In this document: one piece after another, positions 29,455-38,077 of the stretch
Position numbering within the stretch: the first letter of the stretch is position 1
Layout of the letters: every line of letters starts with the position of its first letter
NCBI GenBank assembly: GCA_013823725.1
Contig: PNMQ01000004.1
Location: forward strand, 207,231 to 271,230
Source: Candidatus Pelagibacter sp.
GTDB taxonomy: Bacteria; Pseudomonadota; Alphaproteobacteria; Paracaedibacterales; CAIOTO01
DNA: 64,000 bases
Reading direction: 5' to 3'
Translations under genes and position numbers: made by a program
The notes under the pieces: model-generated
Told to the model about the DNA's origin: nothing
The model's database searches: none
The model's input: the letters and a program-made list of their open reading frames with translations, nothing else

Positions 29455-30951
29455 ATGTTGTCTCGATTAAAATTGTTTGTAGCTTTGTCTATTACGGGAA
29501 TATTAGGTGTTTATTTTTGTGCAGACTCTTCGCTAAAGATCCGTTATTATATTTATAATCAAATGGATTCGTACCAAAGAAATAAGAGCAAAATAGCACC
29601 CTATTTTGATGAAAAGTATTACATCAAAAATTGTTCTTTTTTTCATAAAAATCCCTCCATTCCAGCGATTGACCATTTCATGCTCAGAGGTTGGAAAGGT
29701 TCGTGGAATGAAACATGTGACCCTAATGATTGGTTCAATGTAACTTTATTTAAAGAAAAAATTCACAAAACATCTCATAATCCTTTTCTTTATTTTATAA
29801 GGTCCCAACCTCAAAAAATTGAATATCAGCATAAAACAGTAATCTACAGTACAAAAGATCAAACGGTTCGAACATGGCTTCTGATTAATGCTTTGCTTCA
29901 AGAAGGTATTTTTAAACCAGAACTGCGTCTGAGTACCCAAGATTATAAAAATGTGGATGCTATCCCCTCTCCTTTTAAAATTTTACAATCAAAAGGTTTG
30001 GTTGTTCATCTTGATTCGAAGGCTTCGCAAAGTCTGTATTCCAGTCCTTATTGGAAGGAACGATTTCAATACGATTTAAAACATAAAAAAAAGGAAGAGC
30101 AGAAAGATAACCCACCTGTTATAAATATCTCTGAAGGAAAAGTTTTTTATAAAATGCATTATTTGTACCGACCAAGAAAGTGGTTAGATAAAGCTTTGTT
30201 ACAACCTCAATATTTGAATTTTGCAAAGTACACAGATGAATCTTTGCAATTTAGCGTGATGGGACAAACGGAAGAAGAGTATAGCCAGAAGATGCGTCGT
30301 TATTGCGCGGCCTTCGATTTAGTTTTTACAGGGGTTCCAATCCATTTGCCACAAGAGCGAATTATTCCAGGATTTCTAGATTTATTTACAACGCAAGAAG
30401 ATTTTTCAGAGCAAAAGGAATTTACAGTAAGCTTCTTACTTAGTTTAGGTGCAAAGGGTTTGAATTCTTACCCTAAACAAGCAGGACGAATTTATTCTGT
30501 GCGTAAAGAACTGTGGGATCGTCAAAACGAGATTAAGATGAAAAAAGTTTTTTATTTATCGCGTCGCGACGTTGATAAATTTCCAAAAGAATTGCATGAC
30601 CGTGTGATGCCTACCGACACAAAGAAACCCTTATTTAAGAGCCATTATAATGTTGCTATCGAAAATACGCAGCAGATTAATTATTTTACTGAAAAGCTGC
30701 TCGATTGTATCGCTATGGAAGTGGTTCCTATTTATATTGGGTGTCCGAATGTTGGTGACTATTTTGATGCACGAGGAATGATTATTGTAAAAGACCTTTC
30801 AGAAATGATTGAAAAAATGAATACTCTTAAAGAAGATGATTATCAAAAATTTAAACCTTATGTGCTAGAAAATAAAAAAAGATTGACGGCATTATTGAAT
30901 TTGAAAAATCAATATATTAAAGATTTTTTTCAATTATTCACTTTGAATTGA
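29455..30951 (+). CDS. Glycosyltransferase family 10-like (fucosyltransferase-type) protein
   Basis: N-terminal anchor; C-terminal Y.VAIEN....NYFTEKL.DC.....VPIY.G.PNV.DYF GT10 motif. Confidence 0.75.
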   Translation: MLSRLKLFVALSITGILGVYFCADSSLKIRYYIYNQMDSYQRNKSKIAPYFDEKYYIKNCSFFHKNPSIPAIDHFMLRGWKGSWNETCDPNDWFNVTLFKEKIHKTSHNPFLYFIRSQPQKIEYQHKTVIYSTKDQTVRTWLLINALLQEGIFKPELRLSTQDYKNVDAIPSPFKILQSKGLVVHLDSKASQSLYSSPYWKERFQYDLKHKKKEEQKDNPPVINISEGKVFYKMHYLYRPRKWLDKALLQPQYLNFAKYTDESLQFSVMGQTEEEYSQKMRRYCAAFDLVFTGVPIHLPQERIIPGFLDLFTTQEDFSEQKEFTVSFLLSLGAKGLNSYPKQAGRIYSVRKELWDRQNEIKMKKVFYLSRRDVDKFPKELHDRVMPTDTKKPLFKSHYNVAIENTQQINYFTEKLLDCIAMEVVPIYIGCPNVGDYFDARGMIIVKDLSEMIEKMNTLKEDDYQKFKPYVLENKKRLTALLNLKNQYIKDFFQLFTLN

Positions 30952-31838
30952 AGATAAATTTTAAGGTTATAAAAAAAACGAATGATCGTGGTTTGTATAC
31001 GAAAAAGTGCCTTGTGTATTCTAACGCTAATATTTTTTGAAGCAGGATTTTTTTGATGTTGTATGCTTTTTGTTTTTCTTATTTCTGAATCACCAAAAGT
31101 TTGATGAACCATGCGTGGATTTTCAATCCCTAGAAATTTAAGGCCAAATTCCCATCCACGACTATAATATAGATCAATGGGGATATTAATAGGCAAAGCT
31201 TTTTCTAAGAGTTTTTTTGCTGCATTGCGATTGAGGATATAAGCACCTGCATCGGTCATTTCTGTTAAATACACAGCAATCTCTTGCTTGTTTTGAAGTT
31301 TTTTTATGGTTAAAGGGTTGCCGCTACGGTGAATTTCAAAAGTAACTATATCCCATAATTTTTTGTTTTGTATTAATTCTTGAATGATTAATTTCAATTT
31401 CTCTGGATCAAAAGAAACATCATCTTCAAAAACGATAGCGTATTCAGCATTAGACATCAAAAATTTTTCCCATGTTTTAATGTGACTTAACGAGCAGCCA
31501 ATAGTCCCTTTTTTAGGCATGTCACCCATAAATTTCAAATACTGGTTTTTGTCTACCTTTTCTTTAATATCATTTTCTTGTAATTGAGAACCATCCACAG
31601 CAGAAATACGCTTTGTTAGGAATCCTAATCGAAGAACGAGAGGATGAATTTTTTCAAATCGTTCTTTTGATTGGTCTAAATTGATAATAAAAACTTCTAG
31701 TGTGTCTGAAAAAGATACCTTCTCCTTTTCTAAAGAAATTTGATTTGTTTTTGTTTCATGTGAAACAAAATACCCGATGGGGTAAACGAGGATAGTTGCT
31801 AAAATGAAACTTAACATGTAGAGGTATTTTTTTTTCAA
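30930..31838 (-). CDS. Glycosyltransferase family 25 (LPS/LOS biosynthesis)
   Basis: FIINL....ER, SAVDG, GCSLSH..TW, IVFEDD, AY.L....A.KLL, P.D. Confidence 0.9.
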   Translation of the reverse strand: MKKKYLYMLSFILATILVYPIGYFVSHETKTNQISLEKEKVSFSDTLEVFIINLDQSKERFEKIHPLVLRLGFLTKRISAVDGSQLQENDIKEKVDKNQYLKFMGDMPKKGTIGCSLSHIKTWEKFLMSNAEYAIVFEDDVSFDPEKLKLIIQELIQNKKLWDIVTFEIHRSGNPLTIKKLQNKQEIAVYLTEMTDAGAYILNRNAAKKLLEKALPINIPIDLYYSRGWEFGLKFLGIENPRMVHQTFGDSEIRKTKSIQHQKNPASKNISVRIHKALFRIQTTIIRFFYNLKIYLQFKVNN

Positions 31839-31877
31839 TTTTTACAACCAATAGAGGAGCTGATTATCTGAAGTATC

Positions 31878-32498
31878 TCAAATTTCGTTAATGTGTTCAA
31901 TAGTTGGATGAATATCTTTATTTTTACAGCAAACATACCTTAAAAAATATCCACTGATGACTGCTAAAAAGAAATGAACAAGAATGTGAGCATAGGGGGG
32001 GTATTTTACCAAAACATAAGCACAGCATAAAGCAGTACTAAATAGAGTTAAAATAATTTTTTTTAATCTATATTCATTGTAAAATTGATGAGTCGATATA
32101 ATAATTCCACCCACAATGAACGCTGCAAGTATGTCGTAAATAGTGTGGTAATTTTTGAAAACAATACTGAATGCAATACTAAGGATGAAGATAACAAAAA
32201 TCTTTGGTTGATGATGAATAGATAAGAATAGAATTCCATAAAAAACAACAGCTGCTTGCATGTGTCCGCTGGGTAGGGCGTATCCCTCCCCCAAATGTGG
32301 AAGTAAAGGTATTTTGAAAAATACTTTTAAAGCTATGTTAACGCACGTTGATATAGACAGAATGTGCAAAATTTTATTAACGTCAAAGAACTGTTTTTTG
32401 ATAAGCAAAAATATCATAACGGCGCCATAGAACCATGGTTGATTGAATAACAGAATAATACTTAAAGTTAAATCTATGGTGCTAAACGCCAACATCAT
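31878..32498 (-). CDS. PAP2-family membrane phosphatase
   Basis: LK..FK.P, PSGH, H...D motifs; multiple TM helices. Confidence 0.85.
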   Translation of the reverse strand: MMLAFSTIDLTLSIILLFNQPWFYGAVMIFLLIKKQFFDVNKILHILSISTCVNIALKVFFKIPLLPHLGEGYALPSGHMQAAVVFYGILFLSIHHQPKIFVIFILSIAFSIVFKNYHTIYDILAAFIVGGIIISTHQFYNEYRLKKIILTLFSTALCCAYVLVKYPPYAHILVHFFLAVISGYFLRYVCCKNKDIHPTIEHINEI

Positions 32499-33330
32499 CT
32501 GTTTTAGACCAATTGGTGTTCAGTGGTGGAATTTTGTATTTATCCGAATAGATTGGGCCTAAAAATATTAGTGCTCCTGGTGGTGCAGTTGGCCCTGCAA
32601 ATTTGCGATGTTTTTTTTCAAGAATGACGGGGATATCTTCAGGTGAAAGTTTTCCCAATCCCACATGTGTTAATGTTCCAACCATTATTCTAATCTGATG
32701 ATGTAAAAATGATTTGGATTGGACATAACATTGAATAAGGCCTTGATGTTCTTTGATATCGAAGGCATCAATATTCCGTATAGCGCTTTTGGCCTGACAT
32801 TGTTGATCTCTAAATGATTCAAAGTCGTGCCTACCAACCAAATACATGGCTGCTTTTTTCATTGCGTTTAAATTGAGAGGTTTGTTGATATGCCAAGCTG
32901 AACTAAATTGAACACGCCTTTCATATTGTGTGTTAAGAATTTCATAAACGTAAGACCTGCTAACAGCGCTGAATCTGGCATGAAAGTCTGATGCAACCCT
33001 GCCCATCCATGTAATGGAAGATTCGTAAGGTCTTAGAAAGAAGTTGAGGCTGGATATTATTTTATGTGTGTTAAAAAGAATCGGTGAATCAAAGTGTGCC
33101 ATTTGGCCGTAGGCATTAACACCTGTGTCTGTGCGTCCACTTCCTTCGATTAAAATGCGATTGTCGTCCCAATTGGTTGGAGCTAAAGGTTTTAGGATTA
33201 TTTTTAAATGATTTTCTAAAACCTCTTGAACCGTAGGTTGGATTTGCTGTTTTTGCCAACCAAAAAAATGCTCCCCTTTGTATTCTATTCTAAACGCATA
33301 ACGATATTTTATGGGAACGAAAGAATTCAA
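32482..33330 (-). CDS. truA: tRNA pseudouridine(38-40) synthase TruA
   Basis: EY.G..F.GWQ.Q, GSGRTDTGV, FHARFSA, FLHHQIRIMVGTL, PTAP. Confidence 0.96.
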   Translation of the reverse strand: MNSFVPIKYRYAFRIEYKGEHFFGWQKQQIQPTVQEVLENHLKIILKPLAPTNWDDNRILIEGSGRTDTGVNAYGQMAHFDSPILFNTHKIISSLNFFLRPYESSITWMGRVASDFHARFSAVSRSYVYEILNTQYERRVQFSSAWHINKPLNLNAMKKAAMYLVGRHDFESFRDQQCQAKSAIRNIDAFDIKEHQGLIQCYVQSKSFLHHQIRIMVGTLTHVGLGKLSPEDIPVILEKKHRKFAGPTAPPGALIFLGPIYSDKYKIPPLNTNWSKTDDVGV

Positions 33331-33347
33331 AAGGGAGTCTTATCAAT

Positions 33348-33626
33348 TTAAGAAGTAGCGAGTGCTTTAATTTTTTTTGCTAAACGAGAAACTTTACGCA
33401 TAGCTGTGTTTTTATGAACCAAGCCTTTTGTAACGCCTTTCATAATTTGTTTTTGACATTCACGGAATGCTGCAACCAAAACAGTTGTTTCTGCTTTTTG
33501 TGGTTGTTCAATCATATTTTCAACTTTTTTTGTAGTCGTACGAATCTTTGACACGCGATTACGGTTAACAAGTGTTTGACGTGCAATTTTACGTACACAT
33601 TTTTCTGCGCTTTTATGTGAAGGCAT
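33348..33626 (-). CDS. rpsT: 30S ribosomal protein S20
   Basis: MP.HKSA.K..R...R....N..R.S..RT..KK; KG..HKNTA.RK.SRL. Confidence 0.95.
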   Translation of the reverse strand: MPSHKSAEKCVRKIARQTLVNRNRVSKIRTTTKKVENMIEQPQKAETTVLVAAFRECQKQIMKGVTKGLVHKNTAMRKVSRLAKKIKALATS

Positions 33627-33808
33627 TTTTATTCCCAATTTTTCATATATAAACAGATTATAGCAAAAATAAAATTTAAAATCAATTCATTCTGTTTGAT
33701 TTTAAAAGGACTTGACCATTTTGTGAGAAGCTATTAAAAATCGGATAAAATTATGATATTCTTAATCATGTTTATGCAGTCTAATATAAAATATTTTTTT
33801 ATAAACAC

Positions 33809-34687
33809 ATGAATTGCCTTAAAGCTCTTTTAGTAACAGTTCATTCAATGGAAAGAAAAATTATCGATGATGCTTTTGAAGCACCAAGATGGTGTATTAA
33901 GGTAATTCAATCTGATCAATTTTCCTTTGTTGATTTAGTGCATTACATGGATGCTGACTATGACTGGATATTTATTGATACTCATTTTGAAGAAGATAGT
34001 GTGCAGTATTTGAATCCAGATTATTTAATGCTTCATTTGCAAAAAAACACGATTCACAAAGGTTGTGGCATAATAGTTTTTAATAGTGTGGTTAGTGAAT
34101 CCGTTGATTTTTCGAGGCAAATGTTTTTTTCGACGTTCGCACAAAGTATATATTCTGCATATTCAGATCCAGAATCATTTGCTTTTAGTCAGTCTGATAT
34201 TTTATGTTCCACTGAATATAGAGGGGTAGTATATTTTCAGACACCTCTTTTGGCAAAAATTATGTCTCTCGTTTTGGCTAACCTTTCCAAAGATCCTGAC
34301 CGACTTGAGCTTGGTTTATGGGAAATGTTTATGAATGGTATAGAACATGGTAATTTAGGGATTGACCATGATTTAAAGAAAAATCAGGTTCATAGTGACA
34401 ACATGGATGATCTAGTTCAGCATAGGTTAAAGGTTCGTGATTATAAAGATAGATTTGTTAATGCTAGTTACATCATTAATCCTAAAAGGGCGACCTTTGA
34501 TATTAAAGATGAAGGTGATGGATTTGATTGGTTAAAATTTTGGGAAATCGATAATTCTCGTATGTTGGACAGATGCGGAAGAGGAATTGCTTTATCGCGC
34601 TTAATGGCTTTTGATCATATTACTTATCTTGGAAAGGGGAATAATGTGATCTGTTCCTCTGATTTTGAGAAAGAAGATTTCGAATGA
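33809..34687 (+). CDS. RsbW/SpoIIAB-like HATPase domain protein with degenerate N-terminal receiver-like domain
   Basis: E...NGIEHGN (N box), IKDEGDGFD (G1), GRGIAL (G2), GN (G3). Confidence 0.8.
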   Translation: MNCLKALLVTVHSMERKIIDDAFEAPRWCIKVIQSDQFSFVDLVHYMDADYDWIFIDTHFEEDSVQYLNPDYLMLHLQKNTIHKGCGIIVFNSVVSESVDFSRQMFFSTFAQSIYSAYSDPESFAFSQSDILCSTEYRGVVYFQTPLLAKIMSLVLANLSKDPDRLELGLWEMFMNGIEHGNLGIDHDLKKNQVHSDNMDDLVQHRLKVRDYKDRFVNASYIINPKRATFDIKDEGDGFDWLKFWEIDNSRMLDRCGRGIALSRLMAFDHITYLGKGNNVICSSDFEKEDFE

Positions 34688-35130
34688 GTAAATCCCAACT
34701 AACAAATAAAATTAAAGCTTTAAGCCATTTATCGCGTGTTGAAAAGATGAAAATGAACGAGTGGATGGTTCAAAAAGCTGAAATAGTTCAAAAGATAAGT
34801 ACTATTGATTTTAATATTCAAGAAATTGAGAAAAAAATGAATGATGAAGGTCAACCTTCTCGTGAAACGATGCTTTACTTAGAAATTTATTCAAAATATA
34901 TGGCACAAAAAAAAGAACAGCTTTGTATTGAGAAAAAAAATCTTGTTTTAGAGTTAGATAAAGCACAAGAAAATTTAATCCTGTATTTCACACAGCACAA
35001 GACACATGAAAACCTTCAGCAATATACTTTTGATGTATTAGATTTAACGATTCAAAAAGAACAAAGAGAAACCTTAGACGATATAGCGATGTTAGGTCAT
35101 TCAAGAAAACAGAAAAGACTTGATTACTGA
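34684..35130 (+). CDS. Helical coiled-coil protein, probable FliJ-like flagellar export chaperone
   Basis: 148-aa helical hairpin; C-terminal K..E.L......KEQ...LDDIA resembles FliJ. Confidence 0.55.
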   Translation: MSKSQLTNKIKALSHLSRVEKMKMNEWMVQKAEIVQKISTIDFNIQEIEKKMNDEGQPSRETMLYLEIYSKYMAQKKEQLCIEKKNLVLELDKAQENLILYFTQHKTHENLQQYTFDVLDLTIQKEQRETLDDIAMLGHSRKQKRLDY

Positions 35131-36746
35131 CTTTGGTCCTTCATTTCAGGCATCAAATTTAAAATGCTTTGGGTTTTTTCTTCTCCAAAAATGTTATTTT
35201 GTAGCATATTAACCAAATTAAGCCTGTAGTTGTTTCGTTCTTCAAGTGATACTTTTTCATCTTGTAGAACCTTTTTAAATAATTCAACACCGGTCATTAG
35301 AACGTTGTCAGAGCTTTCTGTAGGTTTGAGTAGACCTTGTATATAGTATCGCCCTAAAATCCAACGAGCCTGAGCAATAAAGGATGGATTTTGTTTGTCG
35401 TCATTAATAATGCTCTCTAGAATTTCTATAGCACGTTTCTGTGCTTCTTTTGCTGTTTGTTTAAAGTCGTTATTTACAAAATGTTCCACAATATTGATCT
35501 TGAAATCGTTCACCTGATCTTTTGGTACATTAAGATCTTGTAATAATTCATCAACAATACTTAAAGCTATAGAGCGGGATTCTGAAGGGGTTTTTTCAAA
35601 AGAATTTTGTAAATATAATTTAACGAGATTCCCCTTAAAAGCAAAACGATGCTTTTCTGTTAGCTGGGCTTGAGTTGTTGCTTCGTTGAATAACATCTTT
35701 GCTTTTTCTCGCGCTTCTGATGGTCTAACATCAAATGCATTCATTAAGTAGTTAGTCCCTATAAGCCATTTAATGTGTGCTGTTATTAAAGGAGATAAAT
35801 TTTCAAATGACAAAGCGCTATTAATGATTTGAAAGCGTCTTTCCATAATTTGTTTTGGGGATAAATTATCATTTGTATAAAACTGAACGTAATTAAACAA
35901 TGCCATAATAGCTTTAGCTCTTAGGTCAGCTGGCATATTTTTATCTTTGGCCACATCTGAATAGATATTATAGGCTAATTTTATAGGCAACTTATCTGTT
36001 GCTTGAAAAAATCCTTTTAAGTATCCCATGGCAAGCTGCATTTTTGTACGGCCTACAGTTTCACTGTTTAGATTTTTGACTTTAAGATTTGTTTCTAATA
36101 ATTCTTTGGCTTTTTTTAGTGCCTCTTCTTTAGGTAGGTCATAAAAACTTTTTTGGTATAGTTTGGACTGAAATCTACGTGCCCAAGCTTTCATGTCTTC
36201 TGAATATACAGAATCATTTAAAACTTCATTGACGAGAGTAAGAACCTGATTTTTTGACCGAGATATTACTTCTGGGTTTGTATTATTTTTAATAAGAGTG
36301 ACATATATTTTTGCGGTGTTGATTTTTGCCCTTCCTCTTAAGTCAGAACTAACCGTATGATCTGCAACAATTAAGTCATATAATCTTATAGCTTCGTTTA
36401 GTGATTGCTCAAACGTAAAATGCAGGCGGTGGTTTCTATGATCATCTGCCGTTTTTAGTGCAGATAGAGCTAGATCATCATTGGGCATTTTGCCTATATT
36501 TTTTTTGATGGGTGCTTCATCATCAGAATTTTCACTTTTTCGTGTAGATGTGTTTTTGCTGGGTTTGTCTGATGCTTCATAGTCTACATCTGTATCTTTT
36601 TGAATATTTGAGATTTCTGAATCGTCAAATTCAAGATCTTCAGCTTTTTTTTGCCCCATTGTTTCCGAGCATTCTGATGAAGTGTAGAGTACTAAAGAGC
36701 TGTAGCAGCAAAATATTTTTAGAAACTGACTAGCTTTTTTGTTCAT
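35124..36746 (-). CDS. Secreted helical-repeat (~45-aa period) protein
   Basis: Signal-like N-terminus, acidic linker, about nine imperfect TPR/Sel1-like repeats. Confidence 0.75.
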   Translation of the reverse strand: MNKKASQFLKIFCCYSSLVLYTSSECSETMGQKKAEDLEFDDSEISNIQKDTDVDYEASDKPSKNTSTRKSENSDDEAPIKKNIGKMPNDDLALSALKTADDHRNHRLHFTFEQSLNEAIRLYDLIVADHTVSSDLRGRAKINTAKIYVTLIKNNTNPEVISRSKNQVLTLVNEVLNDSVYSEDMKAWARRFQSKLYQKSFYDLPKEEALKKAKELLETNLKVKNLNSETVGRTKMQLAMGYLKGFFQATDKLPIKLAYNIYSDVAKDKNMPADLRAKAIMALFNYVQFYTNDNLSPKQIMERRFQIINSALSFENLSPLITAHIKWLIGTNYLMNAFDVRPSEAREKAKMLFNEATTQAQLTEKHRFAFKGNLVKLYLQNSFEKTPSESRSIALSIVDELLQDLNVPKDQVNDFKINIVEHFVNNDFKQTAKEAQKRAIEILESIINDDKQNPSFIAQARWILGRYYIQGLLKPTESSDNVLMTGVELFKKVLQDEKVSLEERNNYRLNLVNMLQNNIFGEEKTQSILNLMPEMKDQSQ

Positions 36747-36785
36747 TGTTGAACTCCATTATTTTGAGTTTTCATTATTTCTCTT

Positions 36786-37958
36786 TTAGTCATTAGGTTT
36801 ATAATCTAAAGCGACTCTTGCGAAACATACATTGTCTTGGTCAATGGGAAAGGGTAGCAAGCTATAATATTTTGAATCTCTTGTGCCTTCTTTATCTTTT
36901 CGTCCGCCATATTTAATTTCTTCGATTTTACCTGTGCCCATTTTTTTAAAAAATGCTTCATAGTTTGGAAAATCGGTGTAGTGAATATTCGACACGGTTT
37001 TATCATCTTCTAGTTTTCCACCAGTTGGATCTTTGATAAAACCATTTTGAAAGTTTTTATCATTTGAAATGGCAAAGAAAAGTGAATCACTTACTTTAGT
37101 AACGCATACCACAGATTGACTTACAGGGATAGAGTTCAGTAGTGTTTTTTGATATTGGGTCATAACTTCTTGGCGTGATGGTACTTTTTCGTTTGGGCCA
37201 GCAGATGCTGCATCAGGTATGACAGGTGGGTTAGCTTTTATGTATTTTTCTACGGCTATTTCGATAAGGCGGCTATGTGGTATGCTATCTGACTCTGGAT
37301 TTGGAGGCATTACAACTTTCTTGGCAGGGTCTGTTATGGGTGGTTGCGAGAATCGCGTGTAGCATATGTAGTCACCTGTTTGGTCTAAAGGAGATATATT
37401 GAATTGGTAATTTTGTATGCTTGTTGGTGATGAAGCCAAAACAATTTGGTGTGATGTTACATTGGGCCGTTCTGTTTTTGCTTCTTTAAATGCTTGTGAT
37501 GCACTTACGTAAAACGTTGAGATGTTTCCTATATCTGCTTGATTGGTGATTAGCCCATCTTTGTGATCTTGTTTGGAGAGTCTATAATAATATGTCTTGA
37601 TAGAATTAGCACCGTTTATGTTTTCTGTCTTTTCAATTTTTGTAACGCATTCAATTCCTTGATCTACGACTACTGAATTCATTATTGCTTTTATTATTTC
37701 TGCTGAGGTGATATTTGGATTTGTGTTTTTCATATCCACAATAATTTTTTGAATATCCATAGCAAAATATAATGGTGCTTTTGTTTGTTCTTTAGTTGAA
37801 GGTGCTGGTTGTGGGGGAGGTGAAGGTTGAATGTTCTCGCCTGTTTCACCTAGTGTGGTTTGTGTAAAAATAGCGACGCTAGATAAAACGCATCCCACAT
37901 AAGTGAGTAATTTGTGGGTTTTAGTTATTGAAAATTTACTTTTTTGCATTTTTAACAT
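36786..37958 (-). CDS. Exported protein with an internally duplicated Cys-bracketed domain
   Basis: Signal peptide, Pro linker; NSVVVDQGIECVTK...PLDQTGDYICYTRF versus NSIPVSQSVVCVTK...PIDQDNVCFARV. Confidence 0.75.
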   Translation of the reverse strand: MLKMQKSKFSITKTHKLLTYVGCVLSSVAIFTQTTLGETGENIQPSPPPQPAPSTKEQTKAPLYFAMDIQKIIVDMKNTNPNITSAEIIKAIMNSVVVDQGIECVTKIEKTENINGANSIKTYYYRLSKQDHKDGLITNQADIGNISTFYVSASQAFKEAKTERPNVTSHQIVLASSPTSIQNYQFNISPLDQTGDYICYTRFSQPPITDPAKKVVMPPNPESDSIPHSRLIEIAVEKYIKANPPVIPDAASAGPNEKVPSRQEVMTQYQKTLLNSIPVSQSVVCVTKVSDSLFFAISNDKNFQNGFIKDPTGGKLEDDKTVSNIHYTDFPNYEAFFKKMGTGKIEEIKYGGRKDKEGTRDSKYYSLLPFPIDQDNVCFARVALDYKPND

Positions 37959-38077
37959 CTTGATTTCAAAAGACTCTCAATTTAAAATGTTAGCAAAAAA
38001 TATTTCATAATCTAATAAAATTATATTTATTATATATCTTTTGGGTGATTAGTAAATCAATGGGTTGCAATTATACA

